This document shows positions 1 through 9,385 of a DNA stretch of 64,000 nucleotides, piece by piece. The notes below the pieces were generated by a model, which had not been told where the DNA came from, searched no databases, and saw only the letters and a list, made by a program, of their open reading frames with translations. The position numbers and the translations under genes are program-made. How positions within the stretch are numbered: position 1 is the first letter of the stretch; the number at the start of each line of letters is the position of its first letter. The DNA comes from Armatimonadota bacterium (GTDB lineage: Bacteria > Armatimonadota > HRBIN16): positions 4,864,001-4,928,000 of the forward strand of contig OY781964.1 in NCBI GenBank assembly GCA_963677485.1. The letters run 5' to 3'.

Positions 1-1851
1 TAACTCCAGTTTGATATCAACATCGGCATGTTTCAGGTCTTTACTGACCGTGCTGCTATTCCATACGTTCTGTATGCCTACATCACCATGTCCGACCAGC
101 GTGACCGATCGGAATATTCCGCCGGTACAGCCTTCCTCGTTGTAGGGCATGCAGATATCATCCTGGCTGTTACCCTTGATGATGGTCTTCTGGGGTGAGT
201 ATCCAGGATCTACCGGACTATCGACCCGAACCACAATCAGGTTCTTCTCTCCCTTGCGGATCGCCTCCGTGGCGTCCAGTTTGAAGCTGGAAAAGGCACC
301 GACATGTCTGCCCAGATACTCGCCGTTTACCCATACACGAGCATCGTAGTCCACACCGCCGAAGTTCAGTTCTAGAGTGCTTCCCGGGAACGAAGCAGGG
401 ACATCGAACTGCCGGCTGAACCACACCACTCCGTGGTAATCTACGCCATGCACATACCATTGCGATGGTACCGGCATCGTCTTCCAACTCGATTCATCGA
501 AGCCAGGCCTAAAATAGGCGTGCCGGATGCCCAGATTTCCGGGATCGGTGGTGTATTTCCAATCACCATCCAGCGACAGCAGCTTGCTTTTATCCTGCAT
601 CTGGGCGACCAAAGATGGTTTGGCCTTCGGTGTATTCTTTGGATACGACGAGGTAACCTTGCCCTTGTAGACCAGGGCATTCATGCGCGGTCCGGATTGC
701 CTGATCGTCAGTCCTGCGAGAACCAGTGAGGCGGTCGGATTGGTACACCGGAACGTGAGGGAATCAATCGGGGTATCTAGCCGCTTGGGTGTGTAGCTGA
801 ACATCATCAACTGCCGACGGGGATGAACCTCAAGCATTTCGTCCAAATGGTAGTATTTTGAGCCTTCAGGGTCGGTATTGAGTGCCTCAGCATCCCTGAA
901 GCCAAACGCGAATTCGACTTCTGGCACGAAGTGGCCGTACCGACTACTCGCGATGTTTATCCCCGCGACTAATGGAACGACCTCTTCAAGGCCGTCGGTG
1001 TATCGCAGTACATACTCACCCACCGCTGTTTCGACCTCGGGTGTGGTATCGAAACCCTCGCCGACATGACCCAGGAAGATTATCTCTTGAGCTGGTGTTC
1101 CTTTGAGCGGGATCGACACCTCTGAGGGAAACGACAGACCAGACAGCCCTTCTCCCGTAGCCTGGAGTTCGTAGATCACTGGGCCGTTCTGACCTTCCAT
1201 GGTGGTGGTCACATCAATGTAGATACCTTTGGCCTTAATATCGCCAACGGGGAACTCGAACCACCCTCCCATCCGCTTTTCGTCTTTGACCGCTGCGATC
1301 TCTTTTTGGGTTCCGTCGGGCAGTATCAGTCCGACCGAATAGTCCTTCGGGGCGTGCCGTGGTGTGGCCCAGCCCAGAAAGCGAATTCCATTCACCCTGC
1401 AGATACCCTTGAAGTTGATCCACAGCTTGCCGTTCGGCCGGTTCTCACCTGAAAACCAGTAAGTCCCATCATCTCCATCATTGGCGTTGGCAATGGCACC
1501 ATTGCCAGGCTGCTGGTGATCAGCTCCTGCCACGGCGCCTGCCCATGCCGAGGAAATCGACGTGGCGACTTTGGACTTCCACTGGGCCCCTGCCACCCGG
1601 ATATTGCCAGTATCCTGGGGATACCAGAATGGCACACCATGTCTCTTCCATATATCCATACTGAACCCGGCATAGGCAAAGTAGCCGATCTCATACAGAT
1701 TATACGTGTTGTCGTTCTTGCTGGACTTTATGTCTACACACCGGAATTCACCGATTTTCCGCAATCCGTTTGCATCCATATCTGCACCACAGCATGTGGT
1801 CATCATCATCACGGCCAACGCTGTGATGCCCAGAACCCAACCCTTATTCAT
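1..1851 (-). CDS. Secreted glycoside hydrolase family 2-like protein with N-terminal discoidin/F5-8C-like domain; runs off the left edge (partial)
   Basis: Not in the ORF track. Hand translation from ATG 1851 stays open to base 1: signal peptide MNKGWVLGITALAV..., discoidin-like ANANDGDDGTYW, and GH2 sugar-binding-domain motifs LSLDGDWKY, MPVPSQW, YHGVVWFSRQF, LNFGGVDYDARVWVNG, GRHVGAF, GGIFRSV. Confidence 0.8.
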   Translation of the reverse strand, partial: MNKGWVLGITALAVMMMTTCCGADMDANGLRKIGEFRCVDIKSSKNDNTYNLYEIGYFAYAGFSMDIWKRHGVPFWYPQDTGNIRVAGAQWKSKVATSISSAWAGAVAGADHQQPGNGAIANANDGDDGTYWFSGENRPNGKLWINFKGICRVNGIRFLGWATPRHAPKDYSVGLILPDGTQKEIAAVKDEKRMGGWFEFPVGDIKAKGIYIDVTTTMEGQNGPVIYELQATGEGLSGLSFPSEVSIPLKGTPAQEIIFLGHVGEGFDTTPEVETAVGEYVLRYTDGLEEVVPLVAGINIASSRYGHFVPEVEFAFGFRDAEALNTDPEGSKYYHLDEMLEVHPRRQLMMFSYTPKRLDTPIDSLTFRCTNPTASLVLAGLTIRQSGPRMNALVYKGKVTSSYPKNTPKAKPSLVAQMQDKSKLLSLDGDWKYTTDPGNLGIRHAYFRPGFDESSWKTMPVPSQWYVHGVDYHGVVWFSRQFDVPASFPGSTLELNFGGVDYDARVWVNGEYLGRHVGAFSSFKLDATEAIRKGEKNLIVVRVDSPVDPGYSPQKTIIKGNSQDDICMPYNEEGCTGGIFRSVTLVGHGDVGIQNVWNSSTVSKDLKHADVDIKLEL

Positions 1852-1982
1852 GCTGTTCCCTTTCCGAATCGTATGGTGGTTTTGTGATCAGGCTGAGGAA
1901 GGAGAATGCTGCGTCCCCCCTTAAGCATAGTGCTTGAGGTTATTCTACATCATAAGATATGCAACAAGATACCCATCCGTGT

Positions 1983-3248
1983 CTAGCGTGTCACATCCCA
2001 GCCGGCTCGGTACACCTTGTCACCATAAACTGAGCGGATATCCGTCCACGTCAACATCCCACCACGATGCATCGCGACCGAATCTTCGGTGTCAGGGATG
2101 GTGAGGTTGCCATACTCATCCGTCATGAAATAATGCTGAGCATACACACCACTGCCACTGCTAAGTCCCAGATACTTGTCACTTAGGCCGCATCCGTTAA
2201 GGTAACGGTCGAAGTATTTGATACTCGATAGGCCACCCTTGCCCGTCAGACTCATATTCTGCGAGTATTGTATCATCAGATCACCGTGCAGCGTGTCTTC
2301 GCCATTATTCCGGTAACCGTTGTAAAGTGCCACCCACCGGTCTATCCCATATGCTTTGGCCACCCTGATCAGTGTGCCGGTCTGCTTGATGGCCTCAGAG
2401 ACCTTCACCGGAACGGACCACGCCTTCTCACGAGTGAAGTCACTGCTGGTGCTCAGATAGAGATAAGTCAATCCATGTGTATCGACGTCCGTGTAGAAAT
2501 AATGATACTTGCCGTTGTAGTAGCAGATGGAGCCGATGAGACCTTGTGTGTCTGGCTTCTTCGCTGCTCTCACACTGCGGATCAAGTTGCCATTGACGTC
2601 ACCTACGGGCCGAGGCCTTCGCCACTCGTCCGGCACATCTAAACCGAACGGCTTCCAGCATGGGGTACCCTTGATCGTTGTCCTCAGCTCCCAGTTGATC
2701 ATGTCCAGTGATCTGGCCATACATAGATAGTGGCGGTAGTCTGCATCATCGGTGTCACGGTCGCGATTGTCATCCGTCACTGCCATAAAGAACACGTAGA
2801 AGTATTTATCGCCTTTGGGTCCTTTGACCAACATCGGGTTACCCGTGCCCGACCAGGCGTCCAGGCCATGCCCATCCGCACTATACAAGATGGACTCTTT
2901 GTCTGTGGGGTGACCATACAGCCTGAAGCCGATATTACCGGGCATGGTATAGTTGAACGGACCAGAGTAAGTTCCCGACTTTATCGAATCGCCAGGGCAG
3001 CGCAACCCAACTGGTTTGTTGGGTTCGCTGTGGAACATCGTGAAGTAGTTTTGATGTCCTGACCGCATGATCTGCACATTGTACGCCGCCTCGTTTTCCG
3101 GTGTGTTGTAGTAGACACCTTCATCAGCGGCGTCGTGCGACACAGTCAATCCGTTGGTCGTGTAGCTTCGCAAGTCAGCAGCTGAGCTGGGTACGCAGAT
3201 GACGAATGCTAAAGCTACAATCACGAAGGAAGTAATGCAGGCATACAT
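1983..3248 (-). CDS. Secreted hypothetical protein, possibly a five-bladed beta-propeller glycosidase-like fold
   Basis: Signal peptide after a GGAG RBS (MYACITSF...SSAAD); beta-rich, aromatic segments (YFYVFFM, ARSLDMINWE, YYNGKYHYFY) typical of GH43/GH32-type propellers; carbohydrate-gene neighbourhood. Confidence 0.5.
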   Translation of the reverse strand: MYACITSFVIVALAFVICVPSSAADLRSYTTNGLTVSHDAADEGVYYNTPENEAAYNVQIMRSGHQNYFTMFHSEPNKPVGLRCPGDSIKSGTYSGPFNYTMPGNIGFRLYGHPTDKESILYSADGHGLDAWSGTGNPMLVKGPKGDKYFYVFFMAVTDDNRDRDTDDADYRHYLCMARSLDMINWELRTTIKGTPCWKPFGLDVPDEWRRPRPVGDVNGNLIRSVRAAKKPDTQGLIGSICYYNGKYHYFYTDVDTHGLTYLYLSTSSDFTREKAWSVPVKVSEAIKQTGTLIRVAKAYGIDRWVALYNGYRNNGEDTLHGDLMIQYSQNMSLTGKGGLSSIKYFDRYLNGCGLSDKYLGLSSGSGVYAQHYFMTDEYGNLTIPDTEDSVAMHRGGMLTWTDIRSVYGDKVYRAGWDVTR

Positions 3249-3337
3249 GATGATGTGACTCCTGGTGATGGAATACTTGTATATGATGGGAGTGAGCTCC
3301 ATCCTCGAACGAATGGAGCCCCATCAGTCTGCCATAT

Positions 3338-5233
3338 CTAGTGCAGGCGCGGATCCGTCGCGAGATTCTTTGCGAAACCCTCATACGACTCGATACAGAA
3401 CCACCAGTAGTCTGTGCCGAAAGGCGGCATGTCGATCTCCGCCTTCAGCACATCATAGTGGGTTTCCGTAAAGAACGCGGCAAACTCTTTGCGGTAAGCG
3501 TCACTTTTCGCTTTGTCGCCTGTCACAGTAACTGTGTACGCCTTTTTGAGTAAGATGCAGTAGAGACCATGGACTTTCACCACTTCAAGCCGATGTTTTA
3601 CAGGCTCAGACAACGCTGAAGCATTGATGGAGCCCAAAGACGCCACCAGCTTTTCTATCTGAGCCACGTTCTTAGCGCAATCCAGTGGAGTCAGCTCATG
3701 CATCAACTCAGTCATGCGTCGCATATAATCACCGATCTGCCTGCCGATGTCGCCGAAGTATGCGGAGTAGAAGCGGTCTTCCAGCTTCCTTAGGTTCAAC
3801 CTGGTATCCGACCAGACCTTCAACCAGGACCACAACATCAGCGGAGTCGGCACACACAGGTTGAAGTAAAGCACCCAGTCGCCTACGCCTGTGATGCCGC
3901 GCTTCAGGTAATACCGGCTGTCTTTCTGCATCACATCCACCGGCCAAAGGAAGGCATGTGTTCGCGGACCCATACCCGGCATTTCACACAGGTTATAGTA
4001 ATCCATGATCATGGTTCTGCCGCGAAAACCGACAGATTTGAGATAACCCAGCCAGTTATCCATCATGCCGATGATCTTGCGGTTACACTCTGGCTCACCG
4101 TCAAGCGGGATGTAGAGGTCACGGTCATATCCTATACAGAGGTTCATCAGCATGTTCCGGCCGTTTGAGGGCAGCTCCACCTTCCAGGTCGGTGGTGTGC
4201 GTAGAGAGTGGTAGGCGATGAACTCGAACACCGTGCCAGGTGCTTCCTCCTCGACTATCTTCGCAGCCTTGCTGACGAGCATGATATACCAGTTGGAGTT
4301 CGGCTCTTTGACACATTCCGGGCAGCCGCAATAGTGCGGGTCGGGGATATCCTCTGGCCAGAAGGTGATGATGTCCCAGGCTCCCCTCTTCTTGCGTACA
4401 AACTCGCGCCAGTTGTTCATGAATATCTCAACTGCTTTGGGGTTCGAGAAGCAGGCCGTGCGGTTGTTTACAGTGCGCTTGCCGCCCACTACGGGGAAAT
4501 ATTCGGGATGGGTATCAAACAGCTTAGGATCGAGGATGAAGGACGACCAGTTATGCAGCGGGCCCCTGATCAGCAGACCTCGTTTGCGGATTTCCGCAGC
4601 ATATGGCGGTAACACCGGTTCACCAGCGCCGAGGTCTGCGAAGCCTGTGATGAGGTTGATGCGGTTCTTGGCCAGAAAATCTATAGTGACAGGCTCATCC
4701 GGCTTCATATAGTAGTCACGGATGTCCATATCTGAACCGTATTTGGTGTTCATCGCCGCTGAGAGCGTGATGCGCCTAACCGGTGGGATGCACTCATGCG
4801 ATTCGCCCGGACCATAGAACTCGATCTTGGCATATTGCTGAAGGAAATCATAGACACAATACAGCGCAGAACGGTCGTTCTCGCCTACCAGATACACCGT
4901 GCCGTTTTGAGACAACGCCCCCGCTCGGTCGAAGCACCTGGCCTTGAATGACACTCTTACTTGGGAGGAGTTCGCGTTCGTAATATAGAAGGCGCCTGCT
5001 TCCGGCTGCCCTTCCTTGACGATAAGTTCCGAACCGGTGGCTTTCGCCAGATACCGGCTCAACTCCGAGGCCGCGAATTTGATGATGGCAGAGGATGCAG
5101 GCGGGTAGATCACCGCATTGAGCGGGGTACCAGCCAGAGTGATGCTTTTGGCTGACGTTTGATTATCCCTTGCCGAGGCCGAACGGAGCATGACCAATGT
5201 CATCAAGATACAAAACAGAAATGATACAAGCAT
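3338..5233 (-). CDS. DUF4838-family secreted protein with an alpha-glucuronidase N-terminal-like domain
   Basis: FAASELSRYLAKATG, YLVGENDRSALYCVYDFL, LFDTHPEYFPVVGGKR, CFSNP, CGCPEC, FIAYH...PP; start placed at ATG 5233 behind GGAGG. Confidence 0.75.
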   Translation of the reverse strand: MLVSFLFCILMTLVMLRSASARDNQTSAKSITLAGTPLNAVIYPPASSAIIKFAASELSRYLAKATGSELIVKEGQPEAGAFYITNANSSQVRVSFKARCFDRAGALSQNGTVYLVGENDRSALYCVYDFLQQYAKIEFYGPGESHECIPPVRRITLSAAMNTKYGSDMDIRDYYMKPDEPVTIDFLAKNRINLITGFADLGAGEPVLPPYAAEIRKRGLLIRGPLHNWSSFILDPKLFDTHPEYFPVVGGKRTVNNRTACFSNPKAVEIFMNNWREFVRKKRGAWDIITFWPEDIPDPHYCGCPECVKEPNSNWYIMLVSKAAKIVEEEAPGTVFEFIAYHSLRTPPTWKVELPSNGRNMLMNLCIGYDRDLYIPLDGEPECNRKIIGMMDNWLGYLKSVGFRGRTMIMDYYNLCEMPGMGPRTHAFLWPVDVMQKDSRYYLKRGITGVGDWVLYFNLCVPTPLMLWSWLKVWSDTRLNLRKLEDRFYSAYFGDIGRQIGDYMRRMTELMHELTPLDCAKNVAQIEKLVASLGSINASALSEPVKHRLEVVKVHGLYCILLKKAYTVTVTGDKAKSDAYRKEFAAFFTETHYDVLKAEIDMPPFGTDYWWFCIESYEGFAKNLATDPRLH

Positions 5234-5400
5234 GAGTTGCCCTCCAGGAGCGTTTCGCATTATACGCCATTGCTGTCGCAGCACTAGAGTAGGCATCGGA
5301 CGGCGTCGGCTATTGTCATTATAACGGGGGAACAAGGTAGATATGACACGGTGAGTGCGGAGAATGACAGATATTGTGTTACAGCACCTTGGAATAGGGG

Positions 5401-5640
5401 AACTAATCAGCCATATGCGACGGGTTCCATCAACCTGCTAAAGCAGGCCTCGTCACCCGTCACTAATCAGTTGGCTGTCCGCTGAAGCGGACGCATCGCG
5501 GACGACCACTGCGTCCTCTTTCGGGCTGCGAATAATCAGCCACGCGGTGACTATACCCATACCAACGAGCCTGCGAAATGAGTGTGCTACCTATCGAGAC
5601 GCGACATGTTCGGCTATCTGTCAGACCGCTCCTGACAGCA
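5401..5640. repeat. Cluster of short palindromic REP-like hairpins
   Basis: CCTGCTAAAGCAGG (5434-5447) nested in a GACGGGT...ACCCGTC stem, GTCCGCTGAAGCGGAC (5477-5492), CTGTCAG-n7-CTGACAG (5618-5638), and three TAATCAG copies. Confidence 0.45.
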
Positions 5641-5689
5641 CCATCTGTGATTGTGTAGCAGCAAATGCGGTGTCACTATCGGTGATAGC

Positions 5690-6328
5690 TTAGTCCCATG
5701 TCCCTGACGTAATACGCTGCGCAAGGGTGTCAAAAATACGAGCGCAGTGTGGTGCCCGTGCTTTGACTTTTAGTGGGTCGATTGTCATCAAGATAGCTGG
5801 CAGATGGTTATACTTATGGTAACGGCCCTTCTTCGTGTCTTTTGTCGCTGCATCCAAATTGCTGATCTGTGTCTTCTTTGGGATATCTTCTACATTCGAT
5901 GTGACACTCAACGTCTTAACATGAAACCCATCGCCGTAATACTCACTCAAGCTCACAGGGTCAGCGAAGAGCCATGCTTCGATGGCTTGGCACATTAACT
6001 GACACTGATCGTCATTCACACCGGATGGCCGATCCCAGTTGTCATCAGGACGGCCCTTAAGATGCTGCCAGCACAACCCATAACTTCGCACGGGGTCTTC
6101 TGAATCCACTAGCAGTACATGGTAGACATCATCGCTATGTGCAATTGCATGGCAGAACTTGGTATACGATTGCCCGCGGCTGCCGTGCAAGATAAACCTG
6201 ACCCCAAGGTGTTTGCTCTTCCCCAACTGGTAGAGTTCGTTAAAGAAAAGATGGAACGCGCGGCGCATCTCCACATCTTGAGACTTATTACGTCCACCTT
6301 CGATATGGAAATGCAAATCTGTTACCAC
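5690..6328 (-). CDS. DUF4276-family (TOPRIM-like) protein
   Basis: N-terminal HIEGG, central LLVDSE and QLMCQAIEAWLFAD, GRYHK; overlaps the stop of the upstream ATPase. Confidence 0.75.
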   Translation of the reverse strand: MVTDLHFHIEGGRNKSQDVEMRRAFHLFFNELYQLGKSKHLGVRFILHGSRGQSYTKFCHAIAHSDDVYHVLLVDSEDPVRSYGLCWQHLKGRPDDNWDRPSGVNDDQCQLMCQAIEAWLFADPVSLSEYYGDGFHVKTLSVTSNVEDIPKKTQISNLDAATKDTKKGRYHKYNHLPAILMTIDPLKVKARAPHCARIFDTLAQRITSGTWD

Positions 6329-7548
6329 CTCGTCCCACCGAATCCTCCCTTGAGCCAGATGTCACCTAAAGATACATCATCATCCCAATCTGCAACATCA
6401 GCATCGGTGAGCCGTCGCACGGTCGTGCCAGAATCGGACCAGTCACACACCAGTATGGCTTCAGGTATCTCTTTCAGCTTGGAGACTAATAAGTCAGAAT
6501 GCGTGGTCACTATTAACTGGGTTCGTTCTGATGCCTCTATCAGCATCTCGGCTATGACAGGAATAATATCGGGATGCATCCCAAGTTCCGGCTCCTCAAT
6601 ACAGATCACTGCAGGGGGTGCCGGATCATAGAGCATCGCTAGAAGGGCGAGAAACCTCAACGTTCCATCTGACAGTCTGGAAGCAGGTATGACGATGTCG
6701 CCAGTTTCTCTTATGGCAAGCTGGACTTGATTCGCGTAGATATCGAACACGATGTCTTCGGTTCTATCGTAAAAGCTCTTCAAGCGGTTCAGAATTTTAC
6801 TTCGGACCTCTCCGCGCATAAGGAAGTTATTCAACACTAGGGCGAGATTGCTGGCATCATCAAGCAAGTGCGACTTCGGGTCGTCTGTTTTGGATGGTGT
6901 GCGGATGGGCGATGAAGGCCCTGTGTCCCACAGTCGATAAATCGCAATACTGCCGAGTTGTTTCGCAAGGTAGTGGATTTCCGGGTAGAATGCCGGGTCA
7001 TTCTTTTGGGACAGAATCGACTGGTCAAGTGAGATCTCTTCACGTTTTAGTTTGAGCTCTCGCCTAGAAGGTATGCCTGATTCTTGATGCGCAGGTGATA
7101 CTCCGTTATCACTAACGACATTCAGGATGGGGTGACCATCATTATATCGGTAGAAGAAATCTATGTCTCCATCACTAGAAGACTCATTTTGCAGCGATTC
7201 ATTCAACAACTGGGTTCTACCGGCGACCTCAGACAGCTCGACGTGATAGACCAAGCCCTTACCGTTGCCTGATTGGGCCAACACCGCATCTATTGCCAGA
7301 CTGGTGTCTATCGTGGTCTTACCTGGCTCTTTCCATATCCAATCCGCAATGCCAGTGCTTCTGAACGGCGTCGTTAAATCCTTAGCCGCAGCCCGCAACA
7401 CACCGATGGCTTCAATCAGATTGGATTTCCCTGCAGCATTAGGTCCTATCAGTACATTGAGAGGCCGCAGTTCGATGGCATTGGCACCATGACCATACGA
7501 TAGGAAATCATGCAGTGTGATTTGTTTGATGAATGGTTGGATGTTCAC
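6322..7548 (-). CDS. AAA_21/AbiEii-like ABC-type ATPase
   Basis: Walker A GPNAAGKS, signature LSDGT, Walker B/D-loop ICIEEPELGMHP, H-loop TTHS. Confidence 0.85.
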   Translation of the reverse strand: MNIQPFIKQITLHDFLSYGHGANAIELRPLNVLIGPNAAGKSNLIEAIGVLRAAAKDLTTPFRSTGIADWIWKEPGKTTIDTSLAIDAVLAQSGNGKGLVYHVELSEVAGRTQLLNESLQNESSSDGDIDFFYRYNDGHPILNVVSDNGVSPAHQESGIPSRRELKLKREEISLDQSILSQKNDPAFYPEIHYLAKQLGSIAIYRLWDTGPSSPIRTPSKTDDPKSHLLDDASNLALVLNNFLMRGEVRSKILNRLKSFYDRTEDIVFDIYANQVQLAIRETGDIVIPASRLSDGTLRFLALLAMLYDPAPPAVICIEEPELGMHPDIIPVIAEMLIEASERTQLIVTTHSDLLVSKLKEIPEAILVCDWSDSGTTVRRLTDADVADWDDDVSLGDIWLKGGFGGTRW

Positions 7549-7611
7549 AGTGTACCTCTAGATGGCTGCCTACGGGCTGCTCATTTCTACTGTACTTTAT
7601 ATTCGTCATTT

Positions 7612-9281
7612 CCGCATTAGTATCTTACCAACCATATTTTGAACACGGTGTATAGAATATTCTGATATTACGCACCACACAAAGCGTTAGGCACAACGAT
7701 CTGGCGAATAGCAAGTGCTGCCATGATGATACGCTTGCCAAGTGCAGTGAGGTAGTATTTGTAGCGTTTACCGCATTTTTTAACGAGCCGGAATACTCGG
7801 CATCGCTTGATGAAGTATGATATCTGAGAGCTGGACATCTGCGGTAAGGCTTTTTGAAGCATACGGTTTGTGATCCCGCTGATGCATCCCTCTCCGCGAG
7901 CAAGTGCAATGAGACATTCCAAATCCTTCTTGAGGAAAAGGTTGAATCCTCGATACGAGCGATGATCACGGGTGGTCGAGGTCGCGATTTTGATGATCTG
8001 ATGTTCACCATCGCTGTTGTCATCAAGGGCGGAAAGAAAGTCAAGATATCTGTTGTTTGCAGATAATAACAGTTCCCTCAATGGAGGAAGGCTGTAGATG
8101 GTCTTTTGCATAGGGGCGTATTTAATCTCAGTCGTCCCATCATGATGTTCTACCTCACGGTAGTGTTTAAATTCAGAGACGTCATTCACAGTCGTCTCGA
8201 TACGCAAGATTATCCCTTGCTTGTCATACATTTTGATAGAAGCCCATCCCATGTAGTGTTTGATGCGCGTGCCTTGTATGCGGCGATCGAACTTGTAGTC
8301 AGTGCCGATCTCAGCGAGTGTTCGCCCATCAAGTTTCTTACCAAGAAACATCGCGATAGACTCTGGCGTTACCGTATGTATCGCTGTTTTGACTAGATTA
8401 TCGTAGATGGCTTTGAGGTCTTCGGCGCGTTTGAACACGATGTCTGTAGCATATTCCACCTGCATTAGCGACCAATGATATGAATTGTCAGCAAGCCGTA
8501 TCACGGGGCAATACATTCTGGCAAATGCATCCAGCGCATGGTGCAGCTTATCAGCAGGAAAAGCGTCTGCCAGCCTCTGAGCACAGCTAAAGTCGTCGAT
8601 TTTTACAAAGGCGTTGTCCAGTGGAGTGAAAACTACTCCCTCGGATTGAAGGCAATGCGCGAGATAATTGTGTCCATTACAATAGAATTGCAGACGGAAG
8701 GGCACCCAGGTCGGAACTCGTAGATAGCACAGTCCAAACTCTGCATCGATGAAATAGAAGTAGTAATGAAGACACTTGGTCTCCTTGATATTCAGCCGGG
8801 TTTTGTGGGTAATCTTGTCGTGCCACGGGGTGTATGCAGGACATTTTTCCAACACTGAGAATATGTGGACGAGACCGGGGTGACACCCTCGACTACTAAT
8901 GATCTCTTTGATGCGGTCTTCTTTTCGAAATGAAGAGGCACGGCGTATATACTCAATTTCAATGCTGTTGGTAACGGCAAGGCGTTCCGCATTGGCTTTG
9001 ATCTCATCTCGTAGAGGTTCGGCAAATTCCTTAGGAAAGTCAAATAGCCTGATGTTGCGTTGATGAAGATAGATGCCCATTCCGTCGCTATGACACCAGC
9101 CTGGGATTGTACCGGTGATAACTATGCGGTCGAAGCATGAATATACCCCAGCTATCTGCTTTGCATAGCGTTCTTGAAGTGATGTCATTCTGGGCAACCT
9201 CACGAAAGGGTGTTTGAATGTATATTACGTGGCGAATGCAATCATTCCTTTTTTGGTTGCGGCTAAGCCGCCTTAGGTATC
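7612..9281 (-). mobile_element. Putative unclassified insertion element carrying one 511-aa gene
   Basis: AT-richer than the ABC operon to its right; bounded by near-identical direct motifs CCGCATTAGTATC (7612-7624) and CCGCCTTAGGTATC (9268-9281); perfect subterminal hairpin GCGGCTAAGCCGC (9259-9271). Confidence 0.55.
7668..9203 (-). CDS. Putative transposase of an unclassified family (C-terminal winged HTH; family often labelled MarR regulator or hypothetical)
   Basis: Motifs FDRIVITG, HYYFYFID.EFGLCYLRV.TW.PF, NGH, DNAF, EYATDIVF, RIKH, SIKMYDK..ILRIETTVND; C-terminal wHTH ending YKYYLTALG. Confidence 0.6.
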   Translation of the reverse strand: MRLPRMTSLQERYAKQIAGVYSCFDRIVITGTIPGWCHSDGMGIYLHQRNIRLFDFPKEFAEPLRDEIKANAERLAVTNSIEIEYIRRASSFRKEDRIKEIISSRGCHPGLVHIFSVLEKCPAYTPWHDKITHKTRLNIKETKCLHYYFYFIDAEFGLCYLRVPTWVPFRLQFYCNGHNYLAHCLQSEGVVFTPLDNAFVKIDDFSCAQRLADAFPADKLHHALDAFARMYCPVIRLADNSYHWSLMQVEYATDIVFKRAEDLKAIYDNLVKTAIHTVTPESIAMFLGKKLDGRTLAEIGTDYKFDRRIQGTRIKHYMGWASIKMYDKQGIILRIETTVNDVSEFKHYREVEHHDGTTEIKYAPMQKTIYSLPPLRELLLSANNRYLDFLSALDDNSDGEHQIIKIATSTTRDHRSYRGFNLFLKKDLECLIALARGEGCISGITNRMLQKALPQMSSSQISYFIKRCRVFRLVKKCGKRYKYYLTALGKRIIMAALAIRQIVVPNALCGA

Positions 9282-9337
9282 ATACGGACAAGGACACCAA
9301 TTCATCAGGTATTATCTACCGACTATAAAACCAACCA

Positions 9338-9368
9338 GCCGGCAGGCACCATTGCAGCACCTGCCGGT
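9338..9368 (-). terminator. Probable intrinsic terminator of the sugar ABC operon
   Basis: Stem CCGGCAGG/CCTGCCGG just past the ATPase stop, followed on the minus strand by TGGTTGGTTTTAT. Confidence 0.5.
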
Positions 9369-9385
9369 TAAGGAACCGCCCCGCC

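Noticed and set aside
149-1924. Short ORFs listed in the first 1.9 kb
   Set aside because: All are explained as shadows of the single minus-strand GH2-like frame 1851 to <1.
7668-9203. MarR-family transcriptional regulator
   Set aside because: 511 aa is far too long; the wHTH is only the C-terminal part, and the flanks look like mobile-element ends.
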